From: Flavobacteriales bacterium
Lineage (GTDB): Bacteria > Bacteroidota > Bacteroidia > Flavobacteriales_F > PHOS-HE28
Reading direction: 5' to 3'
NCBI GenBank assembly: GCA_016788295.1
Contig: JAEUSY010000026.1
Location: 64,020 to 128,019 of the forward strand
Length of the DNA stretch: 64,000 nucleotides
Below are positions 18,666 through 28,811 of the stretch, piece by piece. Positions within the stretch are counted from its first letter, which is position 1; each line of letters begins with the position of its first letter. The notes under the pieces are model-generated. The model saw only the letters and a program-made list of their open reading frames with translations, was not told where the DNA came from and did no database searches. Position numbers and translations under genes: made by a program.

Positions 18666-19620
18666 TCGCGCGGATGTGCGAGAGCGGATCACCTTCCGGG
18701 TCCACGCCTTCTGCCACCAAGGCGACCGCATCTTTTCCAATGGGTGACCAGCGACCGGGGTGGATGGGCCGCTTTGGAGAATAGAGGCCGATGGCGCGAA
18801 TGCCGCACGCAGCCGCAATATGCAATGGACCCGTGCTTGCGGCCACCAGTGCATCACTTGCGCCGATGAGCTGGATCAACCGATCGAGCCCGAGCTTACC
18901 GCCGGCATCCGTCACATGCGCCAGGTGCATTGGCAAGGCGGTGCGGTAGCGAGCGGCCTCCTGCTCAGTGCCTGTAATGATGACCTGGTACCGCTGTGTG
19001 TCCAGTAATTGGATCAGCTCGGTGAAGTGGTCCATGCCCCATTCCACAGCGCTGCCCTTTGATAGTGGGTGTAGAATGATGTTGCGTCGGTCGCTGCGCA
19101 GAAGGCCGTTCACCACATCATCGGGTAGTGGAGCGGCAAAGCCGGATAGCTGTGCCAACGCATCGAGCGCCGGTATCTCGGTGATGCCGAACGGGCGGAG
19201 CAGGTTGATGTTCAATTGTGCCTCGTGCAGATCACTGCGTCGCCGACTGAACGGAACACGTGTGTTGCAGGTGAGCCAATGCCACCAACGATTGGTGGTG
19301 CCGATACGCAACGGGATCCGCGCGTTGCGACACCATTGCGCCACTTTGCGATGCGGGAATACGTGCACAACGGCATCGGCGTTCACGTGCTTCAGCACCT
19401 CAACAGCACCATCGTCGCTCAGGGCCTCGAGTTCCTCCAAGGTCAGGATCTCATCCACATACCGACAGCAACGAAGCACGGGAGCCGTGTAGCCACGCCC
19501 GAGGAAAACGATGCGGACGCCAGGGAAACGTTGCCTTAGCAATCCGGCCATTGGCAACGTGAGCATCACATCACCAATGCTGTCAGGGCGACTTAGCAGG
19601 ATGGTCCGTGGAGCGTTCAT
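18628..19620 (-). CDS. glycosyltransferase family 9 (LPS heptosyltransferase-like)
   Basis: ILLSRPDSIGDVMLTLPMAGLLRQRFPGVRIVFLG...DAGGKLGLDRLIQLIGASDALVAASTGPLHIAAACG is the GT9 (RfaF/WaaC) signature. Confidence 0.8.
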   Translation of the reverse strand: MNAPRTILLSRPDSIGDVMLTLPMAGLLRQRFPGVRIVFLGRGYTAPVLRCCRYVDEILTLEELEALSDDGAVEVLKHVNADAVVHVFPHRKVAQWCRNARIPLRIGTTNRWWHWLTCNTRVPFSRRRSDLHEAQLNINLLRPFGITEIPALDALAQLSGFAAPLPDDVVNGLLRSDRRNIILHPLSKGSAVEWGMDHFTELIQLLDTQRYQVIITGTEQEAARYRTALPMHLAHVTDAGGKLGLDRLIQLIGASDALVAASTGPLHIAAACGIRAIGLYSPKRPIHPGRWSPIGKDAVALVAEGVDPEGDPLSHIRAITPQQVLSRLER

Positions 19621-20366
19621 GCCCTGTACAGTTCCCGCAGCTTGGCGTATTTCAGGAAGGTGGCGTGTGCACTGATCATGGCGATCACGAAGCCATGCCA
19701 GCCATCGCGGAACCCTGCACGGAAGAGATAGTCACCAATGAACTTGGCGAAGGGGCTCAGGAGCAGCTTCACGTACGATGCTTTTCGGCCTTTGCCATGA
19801 AGCTCACGGGCCATGATGTCGGTGAAGTAGTTCACCTGCTTCAGGTGGTCGTTCAGCGTGTAGTAGCTGTAGTGCAACAGATCGCCCGGCAGGTGCTTGG
19901 TCACTGCGCCGTTCTCCAGTTCATAGCGATCGTGCGGGTTCAGTCCTGTCCACCGGCCTTTGCGACTATCCCACAAACGCAGCTTCACATCCGGGTACCA
20001 TCCGCCGTGGCGCACCCAGGTGCCGCAGTAATTGGTCAGGCGGTTCATGGTGTAGCCGTCCGCTTCTTCGTTCTTGGCCTGGCGGATCGCGCTTACCAGT
20101 ACTTCATCCAGTGCTTCATCGGCATCCAGCGAAAGCACGAAGGGGTGCCTGGCATGGGTGATGGCCCTGTTCTTCTGCTCGATGTGGCCATCGAAGGCAT
20201 GTTGTATGAAACGGGCGCCATGCTCCCTGGCGATGGCCTCGGTGCGGTCGGTGCTGAAGGAATCGAGCACCACGATGTCATCGGCCACATCGCGCACTGA
20301 CGCCAAGCAGCGGCCAAGGTTGCGTTCCTCGTTGAAGGTGATGATGACGACCGAGAGCGGGCGCAT
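19617..20366 (-). CDS. glycosyltransferase family 2 (LPS core, WaaE/KdtX-like)
   Basis: LSVVIITFNEERNLGRCLASV...VVLDSFSTDRTEAIA...SLDADE is the GT2 DxD fold. Overlaps the GT9 gene by 4 nt (operon). Confidence 0.8.
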   Translation of the reverse strand: MRPLSVVIITFNEERNLGRCLASVRDVADDIVVLDSFSTDRTEAIAREHGARFIQHAFDGHIEQKNRAITHARHPFVLSLDADEALDEVLVSAIRQAKNEEADGYTMNRLTNYCGTWVRHGGWYPDVKLRLWDSRKGRWTGLNPHDRYELENGAVTKHLPGDLLHYSYYTLNDHLKQVNYFTDIMARELHGKGRKASYVKLLLSPFAKFIGDYLFRAGFRDGWHGFVIAMISAHATFLKYAKLRELYRA

Positions 20367-20398
20367 GGGCGCAAGCTACGTAGTCGCTGTGGCGTGAC

Positions 20399-23014
20399 TC
20401 ATTGTGCGTGCACCACCAGGAACTTGCCGCGGGCCAGCTCCTTTGTGCCGTTGGCTATGCGGTACACATATGCCCCATCGCCGAGGTCGGCGGTGGAGAG
20501 CGATGTCCTGCCTTGCTGGACCGGCCTTGTGGTGACCACGCGGCCAGTGGCGTCTAAAACCGTAAGCAGCCAGCTGCCCTGCACATCCACATCTGCAACA
20601 TCAACGAACAACTCGTGGTCGGCGGGGGAGGGATACACGCGTACCGTTCCAAATGTGGCCTCGTTGATCCCCACATTGCCATCGATAAGCTCAACACAAT
20701 AGTCCTCGGTCTCGCCGTAGTTGAACGCACCACAAGCATTTGCAACGGCGGTGTTGTACTTCATCACCACACGCATGCGCGTTACGCCGGGTGTTGCTCC
20801 AGCAGGAATGGTGATGGAGCCGTTCACGGTGGTGTTGCTCGCTGCTGAGGGTGCGAACAGCAGGTCCTCGGGGCCCATCACGCCGTCCTGCCCGATATCA
20901 ACGAACACGCGCCAGGTCTCGCTGAATGAGAAGGAGGCGAAGGCGGGGGTAAGGCTGATGGCGTATGTGTTCCCGATTGTGAGCGGTGTGCTCAGTCCGG
21001 TATAGTCGCCATAGCCCCCATCATTGCCAGAGGGGTTGGTGAGGGTGCCAATGGCGACCTGGCCGATCCACTCATCCGAGGAGTCGCTGCCTGATGAAGT
21101 GCAATAAGTTCTGTCCAAACATGCGCCGCAGCCCAGCGTTGTGAACGTTAGGGACGATGACCATGCACCTTCGCCTTGGGCACATAGACTGCCGGCCTGA
21201 ACATCATAGGGTGTGCATCCACTTAGGCCTTCGAGCGCCACGTAGGTATCGGTAATGCCATCGATAACGGTCCATTCGGTGGTGCCCTGCTCGCGATAGC
21301 GTATCGTGTACGTGTTGGCGGCCAGCACGGGCATCCAGGTGATGTTGGCCGTGTCCTCGTCATAGAAGCCCAGGCCCAGCCCCGGCGGGGCATTGCAGCA
21401 ACCTTCGCTGGTCCAAGCACGACTGTTCCCGAACTCGGACCCCTCATCGCATAGGGGCCGCACTTGGTATTCGTAGTCCGTGCAGATGGCGAGATCGGTA
21501 AGCGTGTAGGTGTTCGTCTGCAGGCCTTCCACAAGGGTCCATTCCGGCGCCCCGATGGCCCTGTACCGCAGGTCGAAGGTGGTGGCCAGGGGTGAGCTCC
21601 AGGTCAGGACGGCTTCGCCCACCGCGGGGCTGGCGACGGACAGGTTGTAGGCGCCGGGACAGGAGCCGCAATCGCCCATGATCAGTTGCATGCTGGTGCC
21701 TGAATTGATGCGCCCACCTGTAACGGTCTGTCCGGCCAGGTTGCCTACTAGGTCCACACCTTCAAAGAGCTTGTCGCGCATGTACTGGGCACCTGCAGCG
21801 GGGTCGCTATGCACCAGGGCCATCATGGATGCACATGGTGCACTGTACAGCAAGCCGATGACGCCCGCCGTGAGCGGACTGGCGAAGCTTGTGCCGCTGG
21901 TGCTGCCGTATCCGCCACCCTGACTGGTGGTGCGCACGTTGTCGCCGGGTGCGCCAACATCAATGGTGGTGAGGCCATAGGCACTGAAGGTGCGGTCATC
22001 GTCCACGTTGGTGGCCGTTACGCTGATCATGTACTCACTTGAGCACGCGGTCGGCAGATCGCCCACTACATCCACGTTCACATTGTTGTTGGCGGTCGCA
22101 CCGCAGCTCAGCACGCCTTGTACGCCGAGCGAATCGTACATGGCGCACCAGAGCGGCGAATCACTTGGCTGCCCGCCATTGATGCCCCAGCTGGCATTGG
22201 TGGCCACCACGAAGGCGCCCTTCTGTCCATTGGTCTCGTTGTACAAGCGGCGCATCACCCACGGATAGGTGTACGCAGCGACCACCGCGGCCTCTTGTGT
22301 GCTCGCGTAGTCCACCACCATCATCTTCACGTTCCAGTTGGCCCCGGCCACACCGATGTCATTGTTGCCGCTGGCGCCGATCATACCGGCCACTTGGGTG
22401 CCATGGCTTCCACCGTACACGTTATCGCTGGCGCTGGCAGGGTCCCATCCACGGAAGTCGTCCACGTAGCCGTTGGCATCGTCGTCCTGGCCGTTGTTAG
22501 GGACTTCAGCATGGTTGTACCAGGCGTTGCCGATCAGGTCGGCGTGTGGCAGGTCGGCATTCTCAATAATGCACACCACGATGGTATCTCCAGCGGCCGT
22601 TACGCCTCCCGTGCTGATCTCCCAGGCCCCTTCGCTATTGATGTTCTGGTGGTGCCACTGCTGGTCGTACTGCACATCATTGGGCACTACACGCTCTTCG
22701 ATGAGGTGGTTGTTCTGTGCCATCTGGACCGAGCGGTGACCGCGAATAGCGCGCAGCATGACCTGCTGCGGCACGGTGGCCGGGTCGAAATGAAGCAACC
22801 AGGCACGCATCGGCGCACTTACCTCGCGGACCACGGTGAGCCCTGTTGGCCGGCGATCCACAGTTTGAAGGTCGCGCACCAAGGCTTGCGGTCCCTGGCC
22901 GGGTGTGAGCATCACCAGCAGGTCTCCGGGGATGTAGGCAGGGCCCTGTGCTGCGGTTGGCAGTTGTGCGGATAGGAAGAGGCCCAACAGGGCGGCGACG
23001 ATAGCGTTCTTCAT
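20399..23014 (-). CDS. S8-family subtilisin-like serine peptidase with T9SS C-terminal sorting domain
   Basis: Signal peptide, inhibitor-I9-like propeptide, and the catalytic triad motifs DTIVVCIIENADLPHADL, HGTQVAGMIG, GTSFASPLTAG. Fibronectin-like domains follow. C-terminal T9SS CTD: VRVYPSPADHELFVDV...GRVV...GKFLVVHAQ. Confidence 0.9.
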   Translation of the reverse strand: MKNAIVAALLGLFLSAQLPTAAQGPAYIPGDLLVMLTPGQGPQALVRDLQTVDRRPTGLTVVREVSAPMRAWLLHFDPATVPQQVMLRAIRGHRSVQMAQNNHLIEERVVPNDVQYDQQWHHQNINSEGAWEISTGGVTAAGDTIVVCIIENADLPHADLIGNAWYNHAEVPNNGQDDDANGYVDDFRGWDPASASDNVYGGSHGTQVAGMIGASGNNDIGVAGANWNVKMMVVDYASTQEAAVVAAYTYPWVMRRLYNETNGQKGAFVVATNASWGINGGQPSDSPLWCAMYDSLGVQGVLSCGATANNNVNVDVVGDLPTACSSEYMISVTATNVDDDRTFSAYGLTTIDVGAPGDNVRTTSQGGGYGSTSGTSFASPLTAGVIGLLYSAPCASMMALVHSDPAAGAQYMRDKLFEGVDLVGNLAGQTVTGGRINSGTSMQLIMGDCGSCPGAYNLSVASPAVGEAVLTWSSPLATTFDLRYRAIGAPEWTLVEGLQTNTYTLTDLAICTDYEYQVRPLCDEGSEFGNSRAWTSEGCCNAPPGLGLGFYDEDTANITWMPVLAANTYTIRYREQGTTEWTVIDGITDTYVALEGLSGCTPYDVQAGSLCAQGEGAWSSSLTFTTLGCGACLDRTYCTSSGSDSSDEWIGQVAIGTLTNPSGNDGGYGDYTGLSTPLTIGNTYAISLTPAFASFSFSETWRVFVDIGQDGVMGPEDLLFAPSAASNTTVNGSITIPAGATPGVTRMRVVMKYNTAVANACGAFNYGETEDYCVELIDGNVGINEATFGTVRVYPSPADHELFVDVADVDVQGSWLLTVLDATGRVVTTRPVQQGRTSLSTADLGDGAYVYRIANGTKELARGKFLVVHAQ

Positions 23015-23078
23015 CCCAACAAAAGTACCCAAAGCGGATACCTCTGTTAAGCCCTCGGTGTGGCTGTCCTTGGAGGGC

Positions 23079-25862
23079 CTACCGCAGATGGCTCACCACG
23101 AACTTACCGCTGCCCACCTCGGCGTCCCCTTGCATGATATGGTACGTGTACAGGCCATCTTCAAGGTCTGCCGTGGACACTGTACTGAGGCCGCTCTCCA
23201 ACGGCTTTAGCGCTACCAAGCGACCGGTGCTGTCCATGATCCGGGCCACCAAGCGCGGGCTGGTCAGCGGACCCCCGACTTCAATGAAGAGTTCGCGGTC
23301 CGCTGGGTTAGGGTATGCATGAACGCCCACGGCGTCGCCATTTTCGGCAATGCCCGTGGTCAGGAGGTCCACATTGACAGGTATGCGCTCGCTTGTGCAG
23401 ACCAGTGGCAGTGGCTCCACTTCCCAGTCGTAGAAAAAGTAGTACAGCGCGGTGGCGTTGCTACCGGTGGCGGTGGTGCCGGTAATGGACCCCAAGGTGC
23501 CCAATGGGTAGGGGAAGGTCTGTCCGCTGGAAGTGCCATCGCGCCACAGTTGAGGGTCGCCACTGGCAATGCGCAACCCGTATTGGCCAGGGCCGGGCAC
23601 CAGGAAGTCGAGCTGCGCGCGGCTCTCGCCATTGGGAATGGTGAAATTACCCTGGGTAACCACACTGCCGCTGGGCATGTTCACCAGTGCAATGGGCCTG
23701 CTGCCGGCACCGTTGGCGAACACTTTCACAGAACGGAGGGTGAACGCCTCGTTGGCCGTGAAGACCAACCAGAAGGAACCGTTGGTGTGGAATTGACCGG
23801 AGTTGGTCCGGTCCGGACGTGCGCCATAAACGGCCGGGCCTTGGCTCACCACAGTATTGCTGCACCAGAAGGTGGCACCCCCGAAAAGTTCGGGACTTTG
23901 CCATGGACTGCCATTGCCAAGGATACTTCCACCGGTCTGGGCGGACCACCAGGTGATACTGTCCCCGTTCGCAGTTAGCGTGGCAGTGCCCGGTCCGGGG
24001 AGGGTGACATCGCTGGTGGTTGGTTGCGGCACGGGAACGAAGTCAACGCTCACAGCTGTGCTGGTGGCGCTGTTGCAAGGCCCGTTCACTGTGACCGTGT
24101 AGCTGCCCGGCTCGCTCACTTGAAGCACTTGGCCTTGGGCACCCGTGCTCCACGTATTACCGGTGGCGGCGCTGCTGGTCAGCTGGGCCACTTCACCGGC
24201 ACAGCGCAAGGGCGCTCCGGCCAGCGTTACCGTGGGCGTGCCAACGAGCACCGGCGCCAGCACCGTGCTGGGCCCGAACCCACTGCTGCCCTCATCGCAG
24301 AGACTTTCCACTTGGAACTCGTAGGCTGTGCAGGGAGCCAGGTCGGTTGCCGTGTAGCTGTTGGTGGCCAGGTCCGGCACCACGGTCCAATCCCCCGAGC
24401 CTTGCACACCATAGCGGATGGTATACGGTCCGGCGATGGCATTGCTCCAACTATAGGTGGCACTGGTTGCATCAGTGGCCACGACATTGCCGCCAAAGGG
24501 AGGCACACAGGCCGAACAGTTGTCCATGATCTGCTGCATGCTGGTGCCAGCGTTGATGCGTCCGCCGGTAACGGTCTGTCCGGCCAAGTTGCCAACTTGG
24601 TCCACACCCTCGAACAACTTGTTGCGGATGTAAAGCGCACCCTGTGCCGGGTCGGCTTGTACAAGGGCCATCAGAGAAGGACATGGCGCACTGTACAGCA
24701 GACCTATGACACCGGCCGTAAGCGGGCTGGCGAAACTGGTTCCGCTGGTGGTGCCGTAACCGCCACCGAGGCTGGTGGTACGTACGTTCTCGCCGGGTGC
24801 GCCAACATCAATGGTAGTGAGGCCATAGGCGCTGAAGGTGCGGTTGTCCGCGGTATTGGTGGCCGTAACGCTCACCATGAAATCGCTTGGGCAGGCCGTG
24901 GGCAGATCACCTACTTGGTCCACGTTCACGTTGTTGTTGGCAGTGGCGCCGCAGCTCAGGATGCCGGCCGTGCCCAGGGTATCGTACATGGCGCACCAGA
25001 TAGGCGAGTTGGCCGGGTTGCCGCCATCCACACCCCAACTGGCGTTGGTGGCCACTACGAAGGCGCCTTTTTGGCCTCCGGTGCTGGTGTACATGCGTCG
25101 CATCACCAAGGGGTAGGTGTATGCGGCCACCACCTGAGATTCGGATGTGCCGCCGTAGTTCACCACCATCATTTTCACGTTCCAGTTCGCACCGGTCACT
25201 CCGGCGGCGTTGTTCCCCTTGGCGCCGATCATGCCGGCCACCTGGGTGCCGTGGCTTCCGCCATACACAGCATCGTTGTTCCCCGGTGGGTTCCATCCGC
25301 GGCGGTCGTCCACATAACCATTGGCATCATCATCGATGCCGTTCCCGGGCACCTCGCCCAGGTTGTACCAAGCATTGCCGATCAGGTCGGCGTGCGGTAG
25401 GTCCGCGGTCTCAATAATGCAGACCACGATGGTGTCACCGGTGGTCGTTACTCCTCCGGTACTGATGTTCCACGCGGCTTCGCTGTTGATGTTCTGGTGG
25501 TGCCACTGCTGGGCGTACTGGGTGTCGTTGGGCACCTGGCGCTCGGTCACCACATGGTTGTTTTGGGCCATTTGCACCGCAGGGTGCGCCCAAGCGGCCT
25601 TCAACATGGCGTCCTGGGTAACGGCCTGGGCATCGAACCGGAACAGCCATGCCCGCATCGGGGCGCTCACTTCCTCCGCCACATCGATCCCTGTGGGAAT
25701 GCCGTTCACTGTGCGCAAGCCTTCCACCAATGACCAGGGTGAGGCACCGGGGCGCATCATTACCAGCAGATCGCCGGGGATGTAGGCGGGGCCTTGGGCA
25801 TGTGCTGAAGTGCTGATAATGAGGGAGAGAGCAGCAAGCAGGACGGATATCTGGTTCTTCAT
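23079..25862 (-). CDS. S8-family subtilisin-like serine peptidase, tandem paralog, with Ig-like/SprB-like repeats and T9SS C-terminal sorting domain
   Basis: N-terminal ~480 aa are near-identical in organisation and sequence to the upstream paralog. The C-terminal half differs: Ig-like repeats plus a ~250-aa module shared with the FG-GAP protein at 52052-54871. T9SS CTD: VHAYPNPADRELFIEVGG...GKFVVSHLR. Confidence 0.9.
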   Translation of the reverse strand: MKNQISVLLAALSLIISTSAHAQGPAYIPGDLLVMMRPGASPWSLVEGLRTVNGIPTGIDVAEEVSAPMRAWLFRFDAQAVTQDAMLKAAWAHPAVQMAQNNHVVTERQVPNDTQYAQQWHHQNINSEAAWNISTGGVTTTGDTIVVCIIETADLPHADLIGNAWYNLGEVPGNGIDDDANGYVDDRRGWNPPGNNDAVYGGSHGTQVAGMIGAKGNNAAGVTGANWNVKMMVVNYGGTSESQVVAAYTYPLVMRRMYTSTGGQKGAFVVATNASWGVDGGNPANSPIWCAMYDTLGTAGILSCGATANNNVNVDQVGDLPTACPSDFMVSVTATNTADNRTFSAYGLTTIDVGAPGENVRTTSLGGGYGTTSGTSFASPLTAGVIGLLYSAPCPSLMALVQADPAQGALYIRNKLFEGVDQVGNLAGQTVTGGRINAGTSMQQIMDNCSACVPPFGGNVVATDATSATYSWSNAIAGPYTIRYGVQGSGDWTVVPDLATNSYTATDLAPCTAYEFQVESLCDEGSSGFGPSTVLAPVLVGTPTVTLAGAPLRCAGEVAQLTSSAATGNTWSTGAQGQVLQVSEPGSYTVTVNGPCNSATSTAVSVDFVPVPQPTTSDVTLPGPGTATLTANGDSITWWSAQTGGSILGNGSPWQSPELFGGATFWCSNTVVSQGPAVYGARPDRTNSGQFHTNGSFWLVFTANEAFTLRSVKVFANGAGSRPIALVNMPSGSVVTQGNFTIPNGESRAQLDFLVPGPGQYGLRIASGDPQLWRDGTSSGQTFPYPLGTLGSITGTTATGSNATALYYFFYDWEVEPLPLVCTSERIPVNVDLLTTGIAENGDAVGVHAYPNPADRELFIEVGGPLTSPRLVARIMDSTGRLVALKPLESGLSTVSTADLEDGLYTYHIMQGDAEVGSGKFVVSHLR

Positions 25863-26050
25863 GTTCGAGGGAGCAGGGTTCCCCAAAACTAAGGGACAAG
25901 CGTTCGGGACCTCGCCGGTCGTGTCATTCCAGCGTCAGTAAAAGGGGGCGAACATGGGAAAGCAGACCCCGTTGGACAAAAAAGGGGGGCTTGTTCGGCC
26001 TATTCCACCTACCTTGCACGCTCTACCCGTTATCCGTACCCGTTCATCGC

Positions 26051-26272
26051 ATGGCGACCGTATCCAAACCCATGAGCTTTCTGTCCTCTGGGTTCATCAA
26101 GCTGAAACTCAAGGGGATCACCAACAAGGCGGAGCGCAAACGCGCTTGCGAGACCTACCTCGTACGCATGAAGGCCCAGCGGGAGGCGCAGAAGAAATCG
26201 CGCACCAGCATCGAGGATACTGATGACATCATCAACTACCTCAAGGCCGAGATCGCGTACCTGAGTAAGTGA
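26051..26272 (+). CDS. small hypothetical basic protein (73 aa)
   Basis: MATVSKPMSFLSSGFIKLKLKGITNKAERKRACETYLVRMKAQREAQKK... The ORF lies in a 460-bp gap between convergent/divergent genes; no known domain. Confidence 0.3.
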   Translation: MATVSKPMSFLSSGFIKLKLKGITNKAERKRACETYLVRMKAQREAQKKSRTSIEDTDDIINYLKAEIAYLSK

Positions 26273-26348
26273 TCCAGTAGTCGGTTTTCCGCGTTTCGCC
26301 GCCCACCGGTGCGCTGGTCGTGGGCCCTGTTCCCTCAGTTCTGATCCT

Positions 26349-28811
26349 TCAACCCTGCAGGTGGACCCGTTTCACCCGTTGTGCAATACCCGTGAGCACC
26401 TCATAGGGAATGGTCCCCAGGTCGCGGGCCACTTCGGTCACGGGGTGTTCGGTGTTGAAGAGGTAGGCCATGTCCCCGATCTGGCAGGGGATATCGGTCA
26501 CATCAAGCATGCACATGTCCATGCATACGCTTCCCACGATGGGCGCTGCGCTTCCATGGACCCACAAGCGCCCCACACCATTGCCGAGCCTGCGTGAAAG
26601 GCCATCGGCGTAACCAAGCGGCACCGTGGCAATGATGCTGGGCCGTTGGGCCACCCACCTTCTGCCGTAGCTAACGCTATCGCCCACTGGTACTTGGCGC
26701 AATTGGGCGATCGGGGTGCGCAGACTGGCCGTGGGTAACAACTGGGCGGTCTCCGCGCTGTCCGATCCGATCCCGTGCAGGCCTATGCCTAAGCGCACAA
26801 GGTCGAATCGTGCTTCGGGGAAGCGGCGTACGGCGGCCGAGTTGGCCATGTGGCGGAAGGGCCGGTAGCCGAGCGTGGCATCAATGGCATCGGCCATGGC
26901 AGTGAACTGCGCGATCTGTTGCCGGGTGAAGGCGTCGTGGGCCGGGTCTTCGCTGGCAGCCAGATGGGAAAGCACGGAGGCCACCCGAAGGTGAGGATGT
27001 TCGCGTAGGAGGTGAAGCAGACGTGGCAGTTCAGCGGGCATGAAGCCCAGGCGATGCATGCCGGTATCGAGCTTCAGGTGAACGGGAGGCATGGCCGGGA
27101 ACAGCCGTGCGTGGTCCGCTGCATCGAGCAATGAACGTTCGTCGTACACCTCCGCTTCCAACCGGTAGCGGTCCAGCACCTCGAAGGGCACCGGCTCGGG
27201 GTTCATGACCAGGATGGGCAATTGAATGCCCTGCTGGCGCAATTCGATGCCCTCATCGGCATAGGCCACGCCGAGGTAATGCACCTGCTCATGGGCGAAC
27301 AGCCGGGCCAGTTCCAGTGCGCCACTGCCGTAACCAAAGGCCTTCACCATGGCCATCACCTTGGTGCCCCCGGACAATTGTGCGCGGTAGTGGTTGAGGT
27401 TGTGCCGGATGGCCTCCAGGTCGATCTCGAGCACGGTGCCATGCACTTGGCGCTGCCAGCGGTGAACCACCTGTTCCAGCGTGAAGCCACGTGCGCCCTT
27501 GATCAGTACGGCATGTCCGGCAAGCTCAGCGGGATCGCACCGGCGGATGAGGTCCTGGGCATCGGTGTAGTGTGTTGCCCGCCCTTCGAACAGATCGGTC
27601 CGCGCCGCCAGTTCCGTGCCCACCGTTAGCACGCGGTCGGCCCCGGCACGGCGCAATAAGGCGGCCATACGCTGGTAAAGCGCATCGCGGTCCTCGCCGC
27701 TGCCCACGATATCGCTGATCACTACCGCCCGCGGACGGCCACGCCCCACCACATCGAGGTGTTCAAGGGCCACGGTGAGCGAGGCCAGGTCGTTGCTGTA
27801 CGCATCGTTGATCAGCGTGATGCCGTTCCTGCCCTCCAGCACCTCCAGGCGCATGGCCACGGGCTGCAGCAGTGGCATGCGTTCGGCGATCCTCCGGGTA
27901 TCCATGCCCAGATGCAACAGGAGGGTAACGCAATGCAAGGCGTTCTCCAACGAGGCATGGTCCGCGAACGGGATCTCGAACGTGAACTCGGTGCTCTCGT
28001 TGATGCAGGTGATGCGTTTGCCGTGGGGCACGGTCTCTTCGCGCACCACGTGAAGCCATGCGGAACGTTCGCGCGACCAAGCCCTCAGGGTAAGACGTTG
28101 ATCCAATCGGCTCTGGTCGATGGCCTCTGCGATCACCCCATGGTCCGCGCAATAGACCAAGGCATCCGCATCCTTGAACAGACGCGCCTTCTCCAAGGCT
28201 TTCTCCAGATCGCTGCTGAAGTTGGCCTCGTGGGCTGGTCCGATGTTCGTGAACACGCCGATGGTGGGCCTCACAACAGCCTGCAGGCGCGCCATTTCAC
28301 CGGGCTGGCTGATGCCCGCCTCGAAAATGCCCAACGTGTGTTCGGGACGGATCTCCCATACGCTAAGGGGTACACCCACTTGCGAGTTCCAGCTGCCTGG
28401 GCTGCGTACAATGTGCTCATCGGCGCGCATCAACTGGTACAACCATTCCTTCACCACGGTCTTCCCGTTGCTTCCGGTGATGCCTACCACGGGCAACTGG
28501 TGGTGTGCGCGGTGCCAGCCGGCGAGCCGCTGTAGAGCATCCAGCGTGTCGCGCACACGCAGTGTGAGCGGCACTGCGGACGTTCCGTCGCTCACCAGTG
28601 CGCACTGTAGGCCGCGATCCACCAGGTCGGGCACATACCGATGCCCATCGTGCCGATCGCCTTTAAGGGCAACGAAGAGGGCGCCTTCCTCGGGCAAAGG
28701 CTTGCGCGAATCGATGACCAGGTGTTCGATCACGGGGTCATAGCCATCGCCATTTACGGTTGTGCCCAGCGCGCGGGCAATGGCCGATAAGCGGTGCCCG
28801 TGCGGCTTCAT
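26349..28811 (-). CDS. murF: bifunctional UDP-N-acetylmuramoyl-tripeptide--D-alanyl-D-alanine ligase / alanine racemase (MurF-Alr fusion)
   Basis: N-terminal MurF ([11 protein letters not shown]...) joined to C-terminal PLP alanine racemase ([13 protein letters not shown]...[13 protein letters not shown]...[11 protein letters not shown]). Start at MKPHGHRL (ATG 28809-28811); the 100-codon 5' extension of the ORF is rejected. Confidence 0.9.
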   Translation of the reverse strand: MKPHGHRLSAIARALGTTVNGDGYDPVIEHLVIDSRKPLPEEGALFVALKGDRHDGHRYVPDLVDRGLQCALVSDGTSAVPLTLRVRDTLDALQRLAGWHRAHHQLPVVGITGSNGKTVVKEWLYQLMRADEHIVRSPGSWNSQVGVPLSVWEIRPEHTLGIFEAGISQPGEMARLQAVVRPTIGVFTNIGPAHEANFSSDLEKALEKARLFKDADALVYCADHGVIAEAIDQSRLDQRLTLRAWSRERSAWLHVVREETVPHGKRITCINESTEFTFEIPFADHASLENALHCVTLLLHLGMDTRRIAERMPLLQPVAMRLEVLEGRNGITLINDAYSNDLASLTVALEHLDVVGRGRPRAVVISDIVGSGEDRDALYQRMAALLRRAGADRVLTVGTELAARTDLFEGRATHYTDAQDLIRRCDPAELAGHAVLIKGARGFTLEQVVHRWQRQVHGTVLEIDLEAIRHNLNHYRAQLSGGTKVMAMVKAFGYGSGALELARLFAHEQVHYLGVAYADEGIELRQQGIQLPILVMNPEPVPFEVLDRYRLEAEVYDERSLLDAADHARLFPAMPPVHLKLDTGMHRLGFMPAELPRLLHLLREHPHLRVASVLSHLAASEDPAHDAFTRQQIAQFTAMADAIDATLGYRPFRHMANSAAVRRFPEARFDLVRLGIGLHGIGSDSAETAQLLPTASLRTPIAQLRQVPVGDSVSYGRRWVAQRPSIIATVPLGYADGLSRRLGNGVGRLWVHGSAAPIVGSVCMDMCMLDVTDIPCQIGDMAYLFNTEHPVTEVARDLGTIPYEVLTGIAQRVKRVHLQG

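Noticed and set aside
24024-25400. 458-aa + strand ORF, with a similar 285-aa ORF at 22118-22975
   Set aside because: Antisense to the S8 peptidase genes; Gly/Ala/His-rich translation without domains.
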